DNA from: Candidatus Latescibacterota bacterium
Lineage (GTDB): Bacteria > Latescibacterota > UBA2968 > UBA8231
Direction: 5' to 3'
Assembly (NCBI GenBank): GCA_965243025.1
Contig: CBDETY010000003.1
Location: 1,472,001-1,536,000, forward strand
DNA length: 64,000 nucleotides
The notes under the pieces were generated by a model, which worked only from the letters and a program-made list of their open reading frames with translations, ran no database searches and was not told the DNA's origin. The translations under genes were made by a program, and so were the position numbers. Shown piece after piece: positions 37,285 through 47,100 of this stretch (positions within the stretch are counted from its first letter, which is position 1; every line of letters begins with the position of its first letter).

Positions 37285-37392
37285 AGCAGTTTCCCGGTTT
37301 GAAGACCACCGGAATCCGGGGTCCGGGCACCGTCTCCATGCCCCTGGCGTAACCGCCCGGAGGGGTTTGCAACGCAAGCAATCGAGGCGCAT

Positions 37393-38511
37393 TTGACTGA
37401 CCGGATCGACAAGGGCGGCCCCAGCCTGCCGCCCGCCGACATCGACGGCCTCCTCGAGGATTTCGGCGAGATCCTCCGCAGCGGCCGGCTCACACAAGGG
37501 GAGTTCCTCGACCGCTTCGAACGGGAGTTTTCCGAGTACGTGGGGGTCTCCCACGCCGTCGGCATGAGCTCCGGTACGGCACCCCTCGAGACCGCCATGC
37601 GGCATTTCGGCGTCGAGGGGGGCGAAGTGATCGTGCCGACCAACACCTTCGCCGCCACCCCCAACGCCGTGATTCTCGCCGGGGGAACCCCGGTATTCGC
37701 CGACCTCGACCCGTCGACGCTCTGCAGCGGCCGGGCCGAGATCGAAGGACTGCTGACCGCGCGCACCCGGGGCGTTATCGCCGTTCACGTAGCCGGGCTC
37801 GTCGTGCCGGGCATCGACGCCATGGCCGCGTGGTGCCGCGCCCACTCCCTCTTTCTGCTCGAGGACGCCGCCCATGCCCATGGCTCCCGGATCGGGGGCC
37901 GCTGCGCCGGCTCCCTTGCCGATGCGGCATCCTTCAGCTTCTATCCCTCCAAGGTGATGACCAGCGGGGAAGGGGGGATGCTGACGACGGACGATCCCGG
38001 GCTGGCGGCCTTCGCCCGCAGCTTCCGGTCCCACGGGCAGGCCGCCGACAGCCGCAGCATCGTGCGGCTCGGCAGCAACTACCGCCTTCCCGAGTTCAGC
38101 GCCGCCCTCGGCCTGAGCCAGCTGCGCCGGCTCGATGCAATCGTCGCCGGGCGCGCCCGCCTGGCGGATCGCTACCGGCACCGGCTCGGCCGCCGAAGCG
38201 ACATCCGGCTGATCGCCACCCCGGAAAACCAGGTTCACTCCCACTACAAGCTTCCCCTTGTCCTGCCCCCGGGAATGCAGCGGGACCGCATGGCGGCGTC
38301 GCTTTCGGCCCGGGGGATTGCCACGGGAAGCATCTACTGGCCCCCCTGTCACCTCGAGCCCTACTACCTCGGACGGGCCGGGGATTTCCCGGCGCGCTGT
38401 CCGCTGGCCGAGGATGTCCTTGGCAGGACCCTGACCCTGCCCCTGCACGGCGGCATGAGCCTCGAGGACGTGGACCGGGTCTGCGACTCGGTGGTGCGTG
38501 CGCTCGCTTGA
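37393..38511 (+). CDS. DegT/DnrJ/EryC1/StrS sugar aminotransferase
   Basis: SSGT..L, P..TFAAT, EDAAHAHG, FSFYPSK.MT.GEGG, GSNYRL.E, LTLPL. Confidence 0.95.
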   Translation: MTDRIDKGGPSLPPADIDGLLEDFGEILRSGRLTQGEFLDRFEREFSEYVGVSHAVGMSSGTAPLETAMRHFGVEGGEVIVPTNTFAATPNAVILAGGTPVFADLDPSTLCSGRAEIEGLLTARTRGVIAVHVAGLVVPGIDAMAAWCRAHSLFLLEDAAHAHGSRIGGRCAGSLADAASFSFYPSKVMTSGEGGMLTTDDPGLAAFARSFRSHGQAADSRSIVRLGSNYRLPEFSAALGLSQLRRLDAIVAGRARLADRYRHRLGRRSDIRLIATPENQVHSHYKLPLVLPPGMQRDRMAASLSARGIATGSIYWPPCHLEPYYLGRAGDFPARCPLAEDVLGRTLTLPLHGGMSLEDVDRVCDSVVRALA

Positions 38512-38512
38512 A

Positions 38513-38537
38513 TCCGGGGGAACCCGGGGTTTTTTTT
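38513..38537 (+). terminator. Intrinsic terminator after the DegT gene
   Basis: TCCGGG-GGAA-CCCGGG stem (one G-U pair) followed by T8. Confidence 0.65.
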
Positions 38538-38551
38538 GCGCGTTCCAATCA

Positions 38552-38571
38552 GTAAGTCATCGTTTACTTAC
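38552..38571. promoter_or_regulatory. Palindromic operator, likely for the adjacent TetR
   Basis: GTAAGT-N8-ACTTAC, 2 nt upstream of the TetR ATG. AT-rich in a GC-rich context. Confidence 0.65.
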
Positions 38572-38573
38572 CG

Positions 38574-39167
38574 ATGAGACCGAACCGAAGGAACGAAATC
38601 GTCGCCGCCGCCATCCGGGAGGCCTCCCGTCACGGCGTCAGCGGGTCCACTGTCCGCGCTATCGCCGCCGAGGCGGGAGTCACGGAGGGGGCGATATACA
38701 GGCACTTCTCCAGCAAGGAGGAGCTGTGCCAGGCCGCGTACTGCCAGATCGTCGCGGAAATGGCGGAGCAGAAACAGGCCATTGTGCGAAGCCCCGGACC
38801 GATACCGCACAAGTTCCGCTCCTGGATACAGGTGACCTACGAGTATTTCGACCGCTTTCCCGAGGCTTTCGCCTACGTCCTGCTCAAGGATCACGATTTT
38901 CCGCCGGAGATCCGGGAGGTCGCAGGGCGGCAGGGGCGGATGCTGACCGGCATGATCGAGGAGGCGGTCGCCGGGGGGGAGATCGATGAGATCGACCCCA
39001 TTCTGGCCGTCAGCCACTTCACCGGCATCATGCTCAACCTCCCCAGGTTGATCGGCGAATCTTCCATTTCGGGTCCGGCGGTGCGGTACCTCGACGACGT
39101 CGCCGGGGCGGTCTACCGCGTCTTCGGGATTCCCACCGGCAGGGAGGAAATGCATGCCGGAGAATAA
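38574..39167 (+). CDS. TetR/AcrR family transcriptional regulator
   Basis: G.SGSTVRAIAAEAGVTEGAIYRHFSSKEEL helix-turn-helix. Confidence 0.93.
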   Translation: MRPNRRNEIVAAAIREASRHGVSGSTVRAIAAEAGVTEGAIYRHFSSKEELCQAAYCQIVAEMAEQKQAIVRSPGPIPHKFRSWIQVTYEYFDRFPEAFAYVLLKDHDFPPEIREVAGRQGRMLTGMIEEAVAGGEIDEIDPILAVSHFTGIMLNLPRLIGESSISGPAVRYLDDVAGAVYRVFGIPTGREEMHAGE

Positions 39168-39792
39168 CAATCGCGTCCTGGTCCTCGCCCCGCACACCGA
39201 CGACGGCGAATTCGGTTGCGGTGGCACGATCACCCGCCTGATCGAGGAGGGGCGCAAGGTTTACTACGCGGCGTTTTCGACCGCCGAGGAGTCGGTGCCG
39301 GCGGAGTTCCCACCTGACGTTCTGGAGACCGAGGTGAGGGAAGGAACGCGCGCCCTCGGGATCGCCGGCGAAAACCTGCTGATCTACAAGTACCGCGTCC
39401 GCCACCTCCCGCACGTCCGCCAGGAAATCCTCGAAGAGCTGGTGCGCCTGCGGAGGGACCTCAGGCCTTCGACCGTTTTTCTCCCGAGCAGCCACGACCT
39501 GCACCAGGATCACCAGACCGTGTACATGGAGGGGCTGCGCGCCTTCAAGATGGAAACGGTTCTGGCCTACGAGCTTCCCTGGAACAACATCAGCTTCGAC
39601 TGCCGCCATTTCGTCGCCCTCCAGCGCCGCCACGTCGCCACCAAGGTCGAGGCCCTGAAGTGCTACCGGTCCCAGAATTCCCGCCCCTACAGCGAGGAGG
39701 ACTTCATCTGGAGCTGGGCGAGGAGCCGCGGGGTCCAGATCTCGGTCGACTACGCCGAGGCCTTCGACGTCTTGCGGTGGGTCATGCCATGA
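39154..39792 (+). CDS. PIG-L/LmbE family de-N-acetylase
   Basis: VLAPHTDDGEFGCGG, DLHQDH, YAEAF. Confidence 0.93.
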   Translation: MPENNNRVLVLAPHTDDGEFGCGGTITRLIEEGRKVYYAAFSTAEESVPAEFPPDVLETEVREGTRALGIAGENLLIYKYRVRHLPHVRQEILEELVRLRRDLRPSTVFLPSSHDLHQDHQTVYMEGLRAFKMETVLAYELPWNNISFDCRHFVALQRRHVATKVEALKCYRSQNSRPYSEEDFIWSWARSRGVQISVDYAEAFDVLRWVMP

Positions 39793-40526
39793 GCCCTGCA
39801 GGCAGCGGGGTTCGCAAGGGCGGAAACCGCGTTCTCACCGCCCACCAGCCGAACTACCTCCCATGGCTTGGCCTTTTTCACAGGGTTGCCCAGTCAGACG
39901 TCTGGGTGCTGGCCGACGACGTCCCGTTCAGCAAGCACGGGTACACGAACCGGGTTCGAGTGCGCACGGCCGCGGGCTGGCAGTGGCTGACGGTCCCGGT
40001 TCGGACCAGGGGGAGAAGAGGCCAGCAGATCAGGCAGGTGGAAACCTGCGGGGAAAACTGGCAGTCGAAACACTGGAGGACCCTGGAGTGGAACTACCGC
40101 GGCAGCTTTCATTTCGACGATTTCGCGCCGTTCCTCGCGAGCTTCTTCGAGGAGAGACGGTGGGACCTGCTGGTCGACGTCAACGTCGCGCTCTGCGATT
40201 TCCTGCGCCGCCAGCTCGGGATCGAGGTGGAGACGCGGTTGAGCTCGAGCCTGCAGCTGCGCCGTGAACGCAGCGAGCGGCTCGTCGACATGGCGCTCGC
40301 CTGCGGCTGCGACGTCTACCTCGCCGGGGGCGGGGGCTCGCGCCGCTACCTCGAGGAGTCCTGCTTTGCCGAGGCCGGGGTCGAGCTGCGGTTCGTCGAT
40401 TTCGAGCACCCGGAGTATCCCCAGTGCTTTCCGGGCTTCGAGGCCAACATGACCGCCCTCGACCTGCTGTTCAACTGCGGAGCGGAGTACGCGGGAAGGA
40501 TGATGGAGAGTGCCACGGGCTGCTAA
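39789..40526 (+). CDS. WbqC-like protein
   Basis: AHQPNYLPWLGLF, NR.R, WLTVPV, W..KHW.TL..NY, YL.G.G...YL, YPQ....F..N..ALDLLFN.G. ATGA overlap with the upstream gene. Confidence 0.92.
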   Translation: MSPAGSGVRKGGNRVLTAHQPNYLPWLGLFHRVAQSDVWVLADDVPFSKHGYTNRVRVRTAAGWQWLTVPVRTRGRRGQQIRQVETCGENWQSKHWRTLEWNYRGSFHFDDFAPFLASFFEERRWDLLVDVNVALCDFLRRQLGIEVETRLSSSLQLRRERSERLVDMALACGCDVYLAGGGGSRRYLEESCFAEAGVELRFVDFEHPEYPQCFPGFEANMTALDLLFNCGAEYAGRMMESATGC

Positions 40527-41685
40527 GGTCTGCCAGCTGACCAACGTGCACAGTCCGCTCGATCAGCGCATCTACTACAAGGAGGCCTTCAGCCTGGCCG
40601 CGGCCGGGTACGAGGTCTGCGTGGCGGGCCCGGGACCCGGCGACATGGAAGGAGTGCGCGGGGGAGTGCGGGTGGTGACCGTTCCGCGGGGCCGCGGGGT
40701 CTCCGGACGCCTCGTCAACGCACTAGCGCTGTTTCGCAAGGCCGCTTCGATGCGGGCCGACATCTACCACTTTCACGATCCCGAGCTGCTTCCGTTGGGG
40801 TTGCTGTTGCGCCTCACCGGGAGCAAGGTCATCTACGACTGCCACGAGCATTTTCCCCAGACGGTGTACGTTCGCCGCTGGGTCCCCGGAATGCTGCGCC
40901 CCGCATTTTCCGTCGCCCTCGACCGCATCGAACGCATCTTCGCAAGGCATCTCAGCGGTGTGCTCGGGGTAGTCGAAGAGCAGGGGAGCAGATTCGGCCA
41001 CCGTCCGTTCGCCGCGGTAAGGAACTTCCCGCGCCTCGAATGGTTCGAAGCCAACGGCCATCCCGATGGCAGCGGACAACAGGAAGAGTGCGAGCTTCTC
41101 CACCTCGGCTCGCTGTCGCCCGACCGCGGCAGCGAATTTCTCGTCGATGTCATGCAGGAGCTGGGAAAGACGCATCCCGGGGTCCGGCTGCGCGCCGTCG
41201 GCCGTTTCCACACCGGCCAGGACGAGGCGAACTTCCGGCGCCGCCTCGAAACCTGCGGCCTGAAGGACCGCATACTCTGCAGGCAGGAGCTGGTACCCTA
41301 CAACCGTCTGGGACAGGTGATCCGGCGCCACAGGATCGGGCTGATTCCCGGCCAGATTTCCGTGAAGAACCTCGCTCCCTTCGTCCCCACCAAGCTGTTC
41401 GAGTACCTTGCCTGTGGAATTCCGGTGGTCGCCAGCGACCTGCCCTCGATCAGGGCCTTCTACGAGGAGGGGGACTGGGGGGCGATCGCCGACCCGTCCG
41501 ATCCTGCCGCTCACGCGCGGGAGATCTCGCGACTGCTCGAGGACCCGGCCGCCGCGGCGATCAAGGGGAAAAGGGGCCGGGTTCTGGTCGAGGAGCGCTA
41601 CAACTGGGGGCTCGAGTCCCGCAAGCTGATCGCCTTCTACGACCGCATCCGCAATGACGGCATTGATTTTGGGAAGGAGGAATGA
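40510..41685 (+). CDS. Glycosyltransferase family 4
   Basis: H...D.RI, YHFHDPEL, IYDCHE, PTKLFEYLACGIPVVASD, YNW. Confidence 0.92.
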   Translation: MPRAAKVCQLTNVHSPLDQRIYYKEAFSLAAAGYEVCVAGPGPGDMEGVRGGVRVVTVPRGRGVSGRLVNALALFRKAASMRADIYHFHDPELLPLGLLLRLTGSKVIYDCHEHFPQTVYVRRWVPGMLRPAFSVALDRIERIFARHLSGVLGVVEEQGSRFGHRPFAAVRNFPRLEWFEANGHPDGSGQQEECELLHLGSLSPDRGSEFLVDVMQELGKTHPGVRLRAVGRFHTGQDEANFRRRLETCGLKDRILCRQELVPYNRLGQVIRRHRIGLIPGQISVKNLAPFVPTKLFEYLACGIPVVASDLPSIRAFYEEGDWGAIADPSDPAAHAREISRLLEDPAAAAIKGKRGRVLVEERYNWGLESRKLIAFYDRIRNDGIDFGKEE

Positions 41686-42548
41686 TTCGTGCGATGAAGA
41701 AGCCTTCCATTCGCGATTTCGGAGGTTTGCCCGCGGCGCTGGCCTGCCTGGCGCTGACCGTTGCCGCGCCGCCGCTGTTCGCCGGCGCCTGGAGCCAGGA
41801 AAAGGGAAGCCTCTACCTCAAGTTTTCCGGGATATCCTACTCGTCCGACGAGGTCTACAACGACATGGGGAACCGCCAGCCCATGGGGGAGGAGAGCGAC
41901 TCCTTCGCCGGCTCGCAGGGATTCCTCTACGCCGAATACGGGCTTGGGGGCCGCCTGACCGCAATCGCCCAGGCGAACGCCGGGGTCCTCGTGTCGGAGA
42001 ACCGGCTCGTTCACCGGCAGACGACGGGAATCGGCGACGTCGACATCGGCGCCAGATACCAGCTGACGGAGGGCCCGGTCGTCCTTTCTCCGCTGCTGAC
42101 TTTCAAGCTGCCCACGGGGTACAACGCCGACTACGATCCCCCGTTCGGCACCGGGAAGATCGACGCCGAGGTGCGCATCCTCGCCGCCCGCTCGCTGTAT
42201 CCGCTGCCGCTCTACGTCGGACTGGAGGGGGGATACCGCATTCGCGGGGGAGAGTACTCCAACCAGGTACCCTGGTTTGCCGAGGTCGGGGCAACCCCGC
42301 ATCCCAGGGTGTTCGTCAAGGCGTACATCGATGGCAAGGACACACGGGTGAGCGGGGACACCGAAGATCTCGGAGTGGTCGGGGCATCGGTCCAGGTGTC
42401 GGAAGGGGATTTCACCAAGGCAGGCCTCAACGCCGCCTGGAACGTCCGGGGCCCCTTCTGGGTCGACGTTCTGGCGGAACGCACGGTCGCCGGCGAGAAC
42501 ATCGGCGCCGGGGCTTCCCTCGGCATCGGCGTTTCATGCAGCTACTGA
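41682..42548 (+). CDS. Putative outer-membrane beta-barrel protein
   Basis: Signal peptide ending LFA-GAW; YAEYGL, GIGDVDIGARY, KLPTGY, FGTG; alternating strands and terminal Tyr. Confidence 0.7.
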   Translation: MIRAMKKPSIRDFGGLPAALACLALTVAAPPLFAGAWSQEKGSLYLKFSGISYSSDEVYNDMGNRQPMGEESDSFAGSQGFLYAEYGLGGRLTAIAQANAGVLVSENRLVHRQTTGIGDVDIGARYQLTEGPVVLSPLLTFKLPTGYNADYDPPFGTGKIDAEVRILAARSLYPLPLYVGLEGGYRIRGGEYSNQVPWFAEVGATPHPRVFVKAYIDGKDTRVSGDTEDLGVVGASVQVSEGDFTKAGLNAAWNVRGPFWVDVLAERTVAGENIGAGASLGIGVSCSY

Positions 42549-42573
42549 CTCAAACCCGGGAGAGGGAATTGAA

Positions 42574-43713
42574 ATGAACAGGCAACAGAGCCGGCGCCGT
42601 TTCCTGATGTCGAGCGGAGCCGTCGCCATTTCGGCGCTGGTCCCGCAGTGGGGGTGCGACAGCAACAAGGTGACCTTCCGGGAGATGCCCACGGCTCCGC
42701 CCATGGACATGCCGCCGGAAACCCCGATGGAGGAGATGCCGGAAGCCCGGATCACTCCGAACAGCCGTTTCTACCTGCAGTCGATCAAAGGCAAGAACTA
42801 CGATCCCGGGATCGACGCGGCCAACTGGAGCCTGCGGGTCGACGGCCTCGTCGACAACCCGATCGAGTCGCTGGCGTACGAGGCCATCACCGGCATGCCG
42901 ATGGCCCGCCAGACCATGACGATGCAGTGCATCGGCAACTGGATCGGCGGGCCCCTGGTGGGGAACGCCGAATGGGGAGGAACCCCGTTCCGCAACCTGC
43001 TCGACATGGCGGGAATCGGGGAGGGCGCCATCCGCGCGAAATTCTACAGCGTCGACGGGTACACCACCTCCATCCCGCTGGAGCGTGCGCTGCGGGAGGA
43101 GTGTCTGCTGGTATGGGAGATGAACGGCGAGGTGCTGCCCTCGAAGCACGGCTTCCCGGTGCGCCTGATAAACCCGGGTCACTACGGGCAGAAGATGCCG
43201 AAGTGGATCACGCGCATCGAGCTGATCGACGAAGTCTACCTGGGCTACTGGGAGAGCAAGCCGGAGAAAAAGCCGTTCAAATGGTCGGACGACGCCATCG
43301 CGACCGTCAACTCGCGGATCGATTCCCCGCTCTCCCTGTGGGACGACGTCAAGGATCCCGACAACGGGGGCGTTACCGTGCAACTGCAGACCATCCGCGG
43401 CGACGCCGACACGGTGTTCTCCGTACACGGAATCGCCATGGCGGGAGAGCGCAAGGTCGACATCGTCGAGGTGAGCACGGACGGCGGAGCTTCCTGGGAA
43501 GAGGCGCATATACTCAACCACCCGCGTGAAAACGTCTGGGTTGCCTGGCGCTACGAGTGGCCGCTGCCCCCTTCGGGCCGCTACGAGATAGTGGCCCGGG
43601 CAACCGACAACGCCGGGGACGCGCAGCCGGCCGAGGACAAGGGGGAAGATCTCTACGACGGCCGCACCGGCTGGCACCGGGTGCCGGTCAACGTGGTGCG
43701 CAGCGAGGCCTAG
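42574..43713 (+). CDS. Sulfite oxidase-family molybdoenzyme, Tat-exported lipoprotein
   Basis: Tat SRRRFL plus lipobox WGC; MQCIGN (Mo-Cys), GNAEW.G, MNGE.LP..HGFPVRL..PG.YG.K..KW; C-terminal dimerization domain VEVSTDGG.SW. Confidence 0.92.
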   Translation: MNRQQSRRRFLMSSGAVAISALVPQWGCDSNKVTFREMPTAPPMDMPPETPMEEMPEARITPNSRFYLQSIKGKNYDPGIDAANWSLRVDGLVDNPIESLAYEAITGMPMARQTMTMQCIGNWIGGPLVGNAEWGGTPFRNLLDMAGIGEGAIRAKFYSVDGYTTSIPLERALREECLLVWEMNGEVLPSKHGFPVRLINPGHYGQKMPKWITRIELIDEVYLGYWESKPEKKPFKWSDDAIATVNSRIDSPLSLWDDVKDPDNGGVTVQLQTIRGDADTVFSVHGIAMAGERKVDIVEVSTDGGASWEEAHILNHPRENVWVAWRYEWPLPPSGRYEIVARATDNAGDAQPAEDKGEDLYDGRTGWHRVPVNVVRSEA

Positions 43714-43716
43714 GGC

Positions 43717-44004
43717 CTAATCCTCCGGGAACCAGTTCCCGATTTTTTCGCGGATCGCCAGGGCCTGCCGGGGGCTCGAGATCTCGAATTTGCTGCGTGG
43801 AAGGTAGGATCCGTCGCGCTTCTGGTAGCGCCTGATCGACACCTTGTGGGGGCCGTACTCGCCGGATTTGCGGTCGAGATCCTGGTAGAGGAACATGATC
43901 GTCGTCCAGGATCCCTTGCTCAGCACCTCCTTGTCGAGCTGCTTGCGCAGAACCTTCCCGTCTTCTTCGTACTGAATCGTCAGTTCATCTACTGTTTCAG
44001 CCAT
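43717..44004 (-). CDS. Conserved-looking hypothetical protein (95 aa)
   Basis: Balanced composition, unlike shadow ORFs (LSKGSWTTIMFLYQD, IRRYQK..G.Y...SKF). Function unknown. Confidence 0.7.
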   Translation of the reverse strand: MAETVDELTIQYEEDGKVLRKQLDKEVLSKGSWTTIMFLYQDLDRKSGEYGPHKVSIRRYQKRDGSYLPRSKFEISSPRQALAIREKIGNWFPED

Positions 44005-44096
44005 GACTTAGAAATAAACGGCCCTCTCGGGAGCCGGGCAAACCCCGGAGGCTGCATGCCCTCCTCTCCCCCGCCGTGCTGCCCGTTCGCACTTTC

Positions 44097-44125
44097 TTGC
44101 CGCTCCGTACAGGGGGCCATATACT
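44097..44125 (+). promoter_or_regulatory. Putative sigma70 promoter for the IOR gene
   Basis: TTGCCG-N17-TATACT. Confidence 0.55.
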
Positions 44126-44151
44126 GACTGGAAACGAGCGAAAGGATCGGC

Positions 44152-47100
44152 ATCATCCCCGCGAACACGAGGATCGAGGACAAGTACGAGCTCGAGGAAG
44201 GCACTGTCTTCCTCACAGGCATCGAGGCGATCGTTCGCCTGCTGGTGGAGAAGCAGCGCCGCGACGAGCTGCGGTCCGGGGCGGGCACGGTCAACCAGAC
44301 CTATGTCTCCGGGTACGAGGGATCCCCCCTTGGAGGACTCGACCTCGAAATCGCCTCCCAGCTCGAGGTCCTGAACCGCCGCGGCCGCACCGTGCACCAG
44401 TTCGGCATCAACGAGAAGACCGCGGCCTCGGCGATGCTCGGAACCCAGTACGCCCCCTCGGCCGACGTCGACGCCTTCTGGTACGGCAAGGCGCACGGCG
44501 CCATGTGGATCCCGGACGAGGTCTGGCTCGCCAACCTCGCCGGTACCAGCGGCAGCGGATCGATGGTCCTGCTGTGCGGGGAGGATCACCGGTCAAAGAG
44601 CTCGGTTTCACCGGGGAGCAGCGACTGGGTGCTGCGCGGCAGCATGGTCCCGGTCTTCTACCCGGCAAGCGTCGGGGAAATCCTCAGCCTCGGCATGCAC
44701 GCCGTCCACCTGTCCCGTTTCCTGGGAGTGGTGACCGCCCTCAAGCTCGCGACCCCGCTCTGCGACGGGGCGGGAACGGTTCGTCTCCGGGATGCACGCC
44801 CCGACATCCAGCTGCCGCGGACCGGCTTCGAGAAGCGCTTCAGCCCTATCGTCATGGCCCTCGGGGCGCTGCCGATGCAGAAGGAGCTCGTCGAGGAGAA
44901 GCTCCCCCTGGCCGAGGAGTACGTCCGGCTCAACCGGCTCAACCGGATTCACCCCGGAAAAGGCACAGGTCCGGAAGCGGCCGGCATCATCGCCACCGGC
45001 AAGTCCTTCCCCGACGTCAGACAGGCCCTGGAGATCATCGGCGTGGAGGTGCCGGTGCTGCAGCTGTCGGTTACCTACCCGCTCGACCAGGAGATCATCC
45101 GCGAGTTTGCCGGCACCTTCGACCTGCGGACCGTATACCTCGTCGAGGAGCCCGGACCCTTCGTCGAGGAAGGGGTGAAGTCCGCCCTCTGGGGTTCGCG
45201 CGTGGAGGAGGTGTACGGCCAGTACGACGAAGGGGGGAAACCGTTCGTGCCCTCCTGGGGGGAGGTTGACCCGGAGCGGATCGCCCAGCTGCTGGGCCCG
45301 CGTCTCCTTCCTTCTGCGCATGCCCCGGCATCTCCCTTGTACGGCCGCCTGGAGGACATCCTCGGACGAAGCTATCCCGAGGTCCCGAAGGTCGCCCCCA
45401 TGTCTTGCGGGGGATGTCCCTACAACGCTTTTCGCGATCTCAAGGGGGAAAAGCCCGGGGGCGCCATCGGCTGCAGCTCGATCCGGGCGATGGAAGCCTA
45501 CGACTACGGGGTGCTCTACATCCCGACCATGGGGGCGGGCGGTTCGATCTACAGCGGCACCGCTCCCTTCAACGGCAACAGGCACAGCTATCAGTACCTC
45601 GGCGACGGCAGCTACTTCCACAGCGGCAGGGGTGCGGTCCAGAGCTGCGTGCAGGGCGGGGTCAACATCACCTTCCTGCTGCTGTTCAACGGCGCCGTGG
45701 CCCTGACCGGGGGACAGCGCCCCGGGGGGCAGCGCAGCGTTTCGGAGGTAGCCGGAGAGCTGCTCTCGCTCGGGGTGCGCGAGGTGGGGATCGTCAGCGA
45801 AGAGCCCCGGCGCTACCGCTCCCTGAAGGGGGAGAACGTGCGCGTGTTCGGCCTCGACCGGCACGCCGAGGCCCTCGCCCGTTTCAAGGGGGTCGCCGGC
45901 ACCACGGCGCTGATCCTCGACAAGGAGTGCGCCACCGAGAAGGGACGCCGCCGCCGCCGGCTGGGGGAGAAGCCGGAGAGCTACATCCTCGTCGACGAGA
46001 GGCTGTGCGAGGGGTGCGGCGACTGTTACCGGCAGTCGGAGGGCTGCGCCGCGCTCTACGGCACCGAGACGGAGTTCGGCGAGAAGACCCAGATCCGCCA
46101 GGCCAGCTGCGTTCAGGACGGCCTCTGCGTCGACGGGGAGTGCCCCTCGTTCGTCAAGGTGACTCCGCGCTCCGGCTCGGTGGGGCTGCGCCGGGCGACG
46201 CCGGAGCCCCTGCGGGACGTGCCCGAACCACCGTCCCATCCCGACCTGGACTCGGGGGACTACACCATCTTCGCCGTCGGCCGCGGCGGCACCGGGGTGG
46301 TGACGATCTCCCACCTCGTCGCCTACGCCGGCATGCTCGACGGGCTCAACGTGTACCTGTCGAACAACACCGGCCTGGCGCAGAAAGGGGGTCCGGTAGA
46401 AGCGCCGATCGTCTTCAGCCGCCGCCGGCAGCCGGTGTTCAACCGGCTTTTTCCCGGTTCCTCCGATCTGTATCTCGGCTTCGACCTGCTGCGCGCCGCC
46501 GAGCCCGGGAACCTCAGGTTCGCCTCGGCGGACCGCACCGTGGCCCTGGTGAGCACGACGCGCATTCCGACGGCGCAGATGAACCGCAATCCCGGCGGGA
46601 AGTTCCCCGATCCCGATTACCTGGCGGGGCTGATCGACCAGTGCAGCCGCAAGCCGGACAACATCTACATCGACTCCTTCTGGCTCGCCGAGAAGCTGTT
46701 CGGCGACAGCCTGTACGCCAACATGCTGCTGCTGGGAGCGGCGTACCAGGCAGGGCGCCTGCCCCTGAGAGCCGCCTCCATCGAGGCGGCCATTGCGCTC
46801 AACGGCAAGGCCGTCGAGGCCAACGTCCAGGCGTTTCGCTGGGGCCGCCTGGCCGTGGCGGACCCGGCGCGGCTGCAGGCCCATGTCGGTCCGGTCGTTC
46901 CCGACGGCGCCGACCTCGTTCGCGAAAACCGCGGCAAGCTCGGCAGCGGCAGCCAGCGATCGCTCCACGACGAGGCCTTGCAGTCGCTCGACCTGCCGGC
47001 CGAACTGGCCGCCCGCTTCAGCGTCCGCATCGCCGATCTGATTTCCTACCAGGACGAGTCATACGCGAGGGAGTACGTCGACCTCGTGCGAACCGTCGCC

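Noticed and set aside
44125-44127. In-frame TGA upstream of the IOR gene as possible selenocysteine or readthrough
   Set aside because: The upstream frame is not protein-like, and the TGA overlaps the predicted -10 box.
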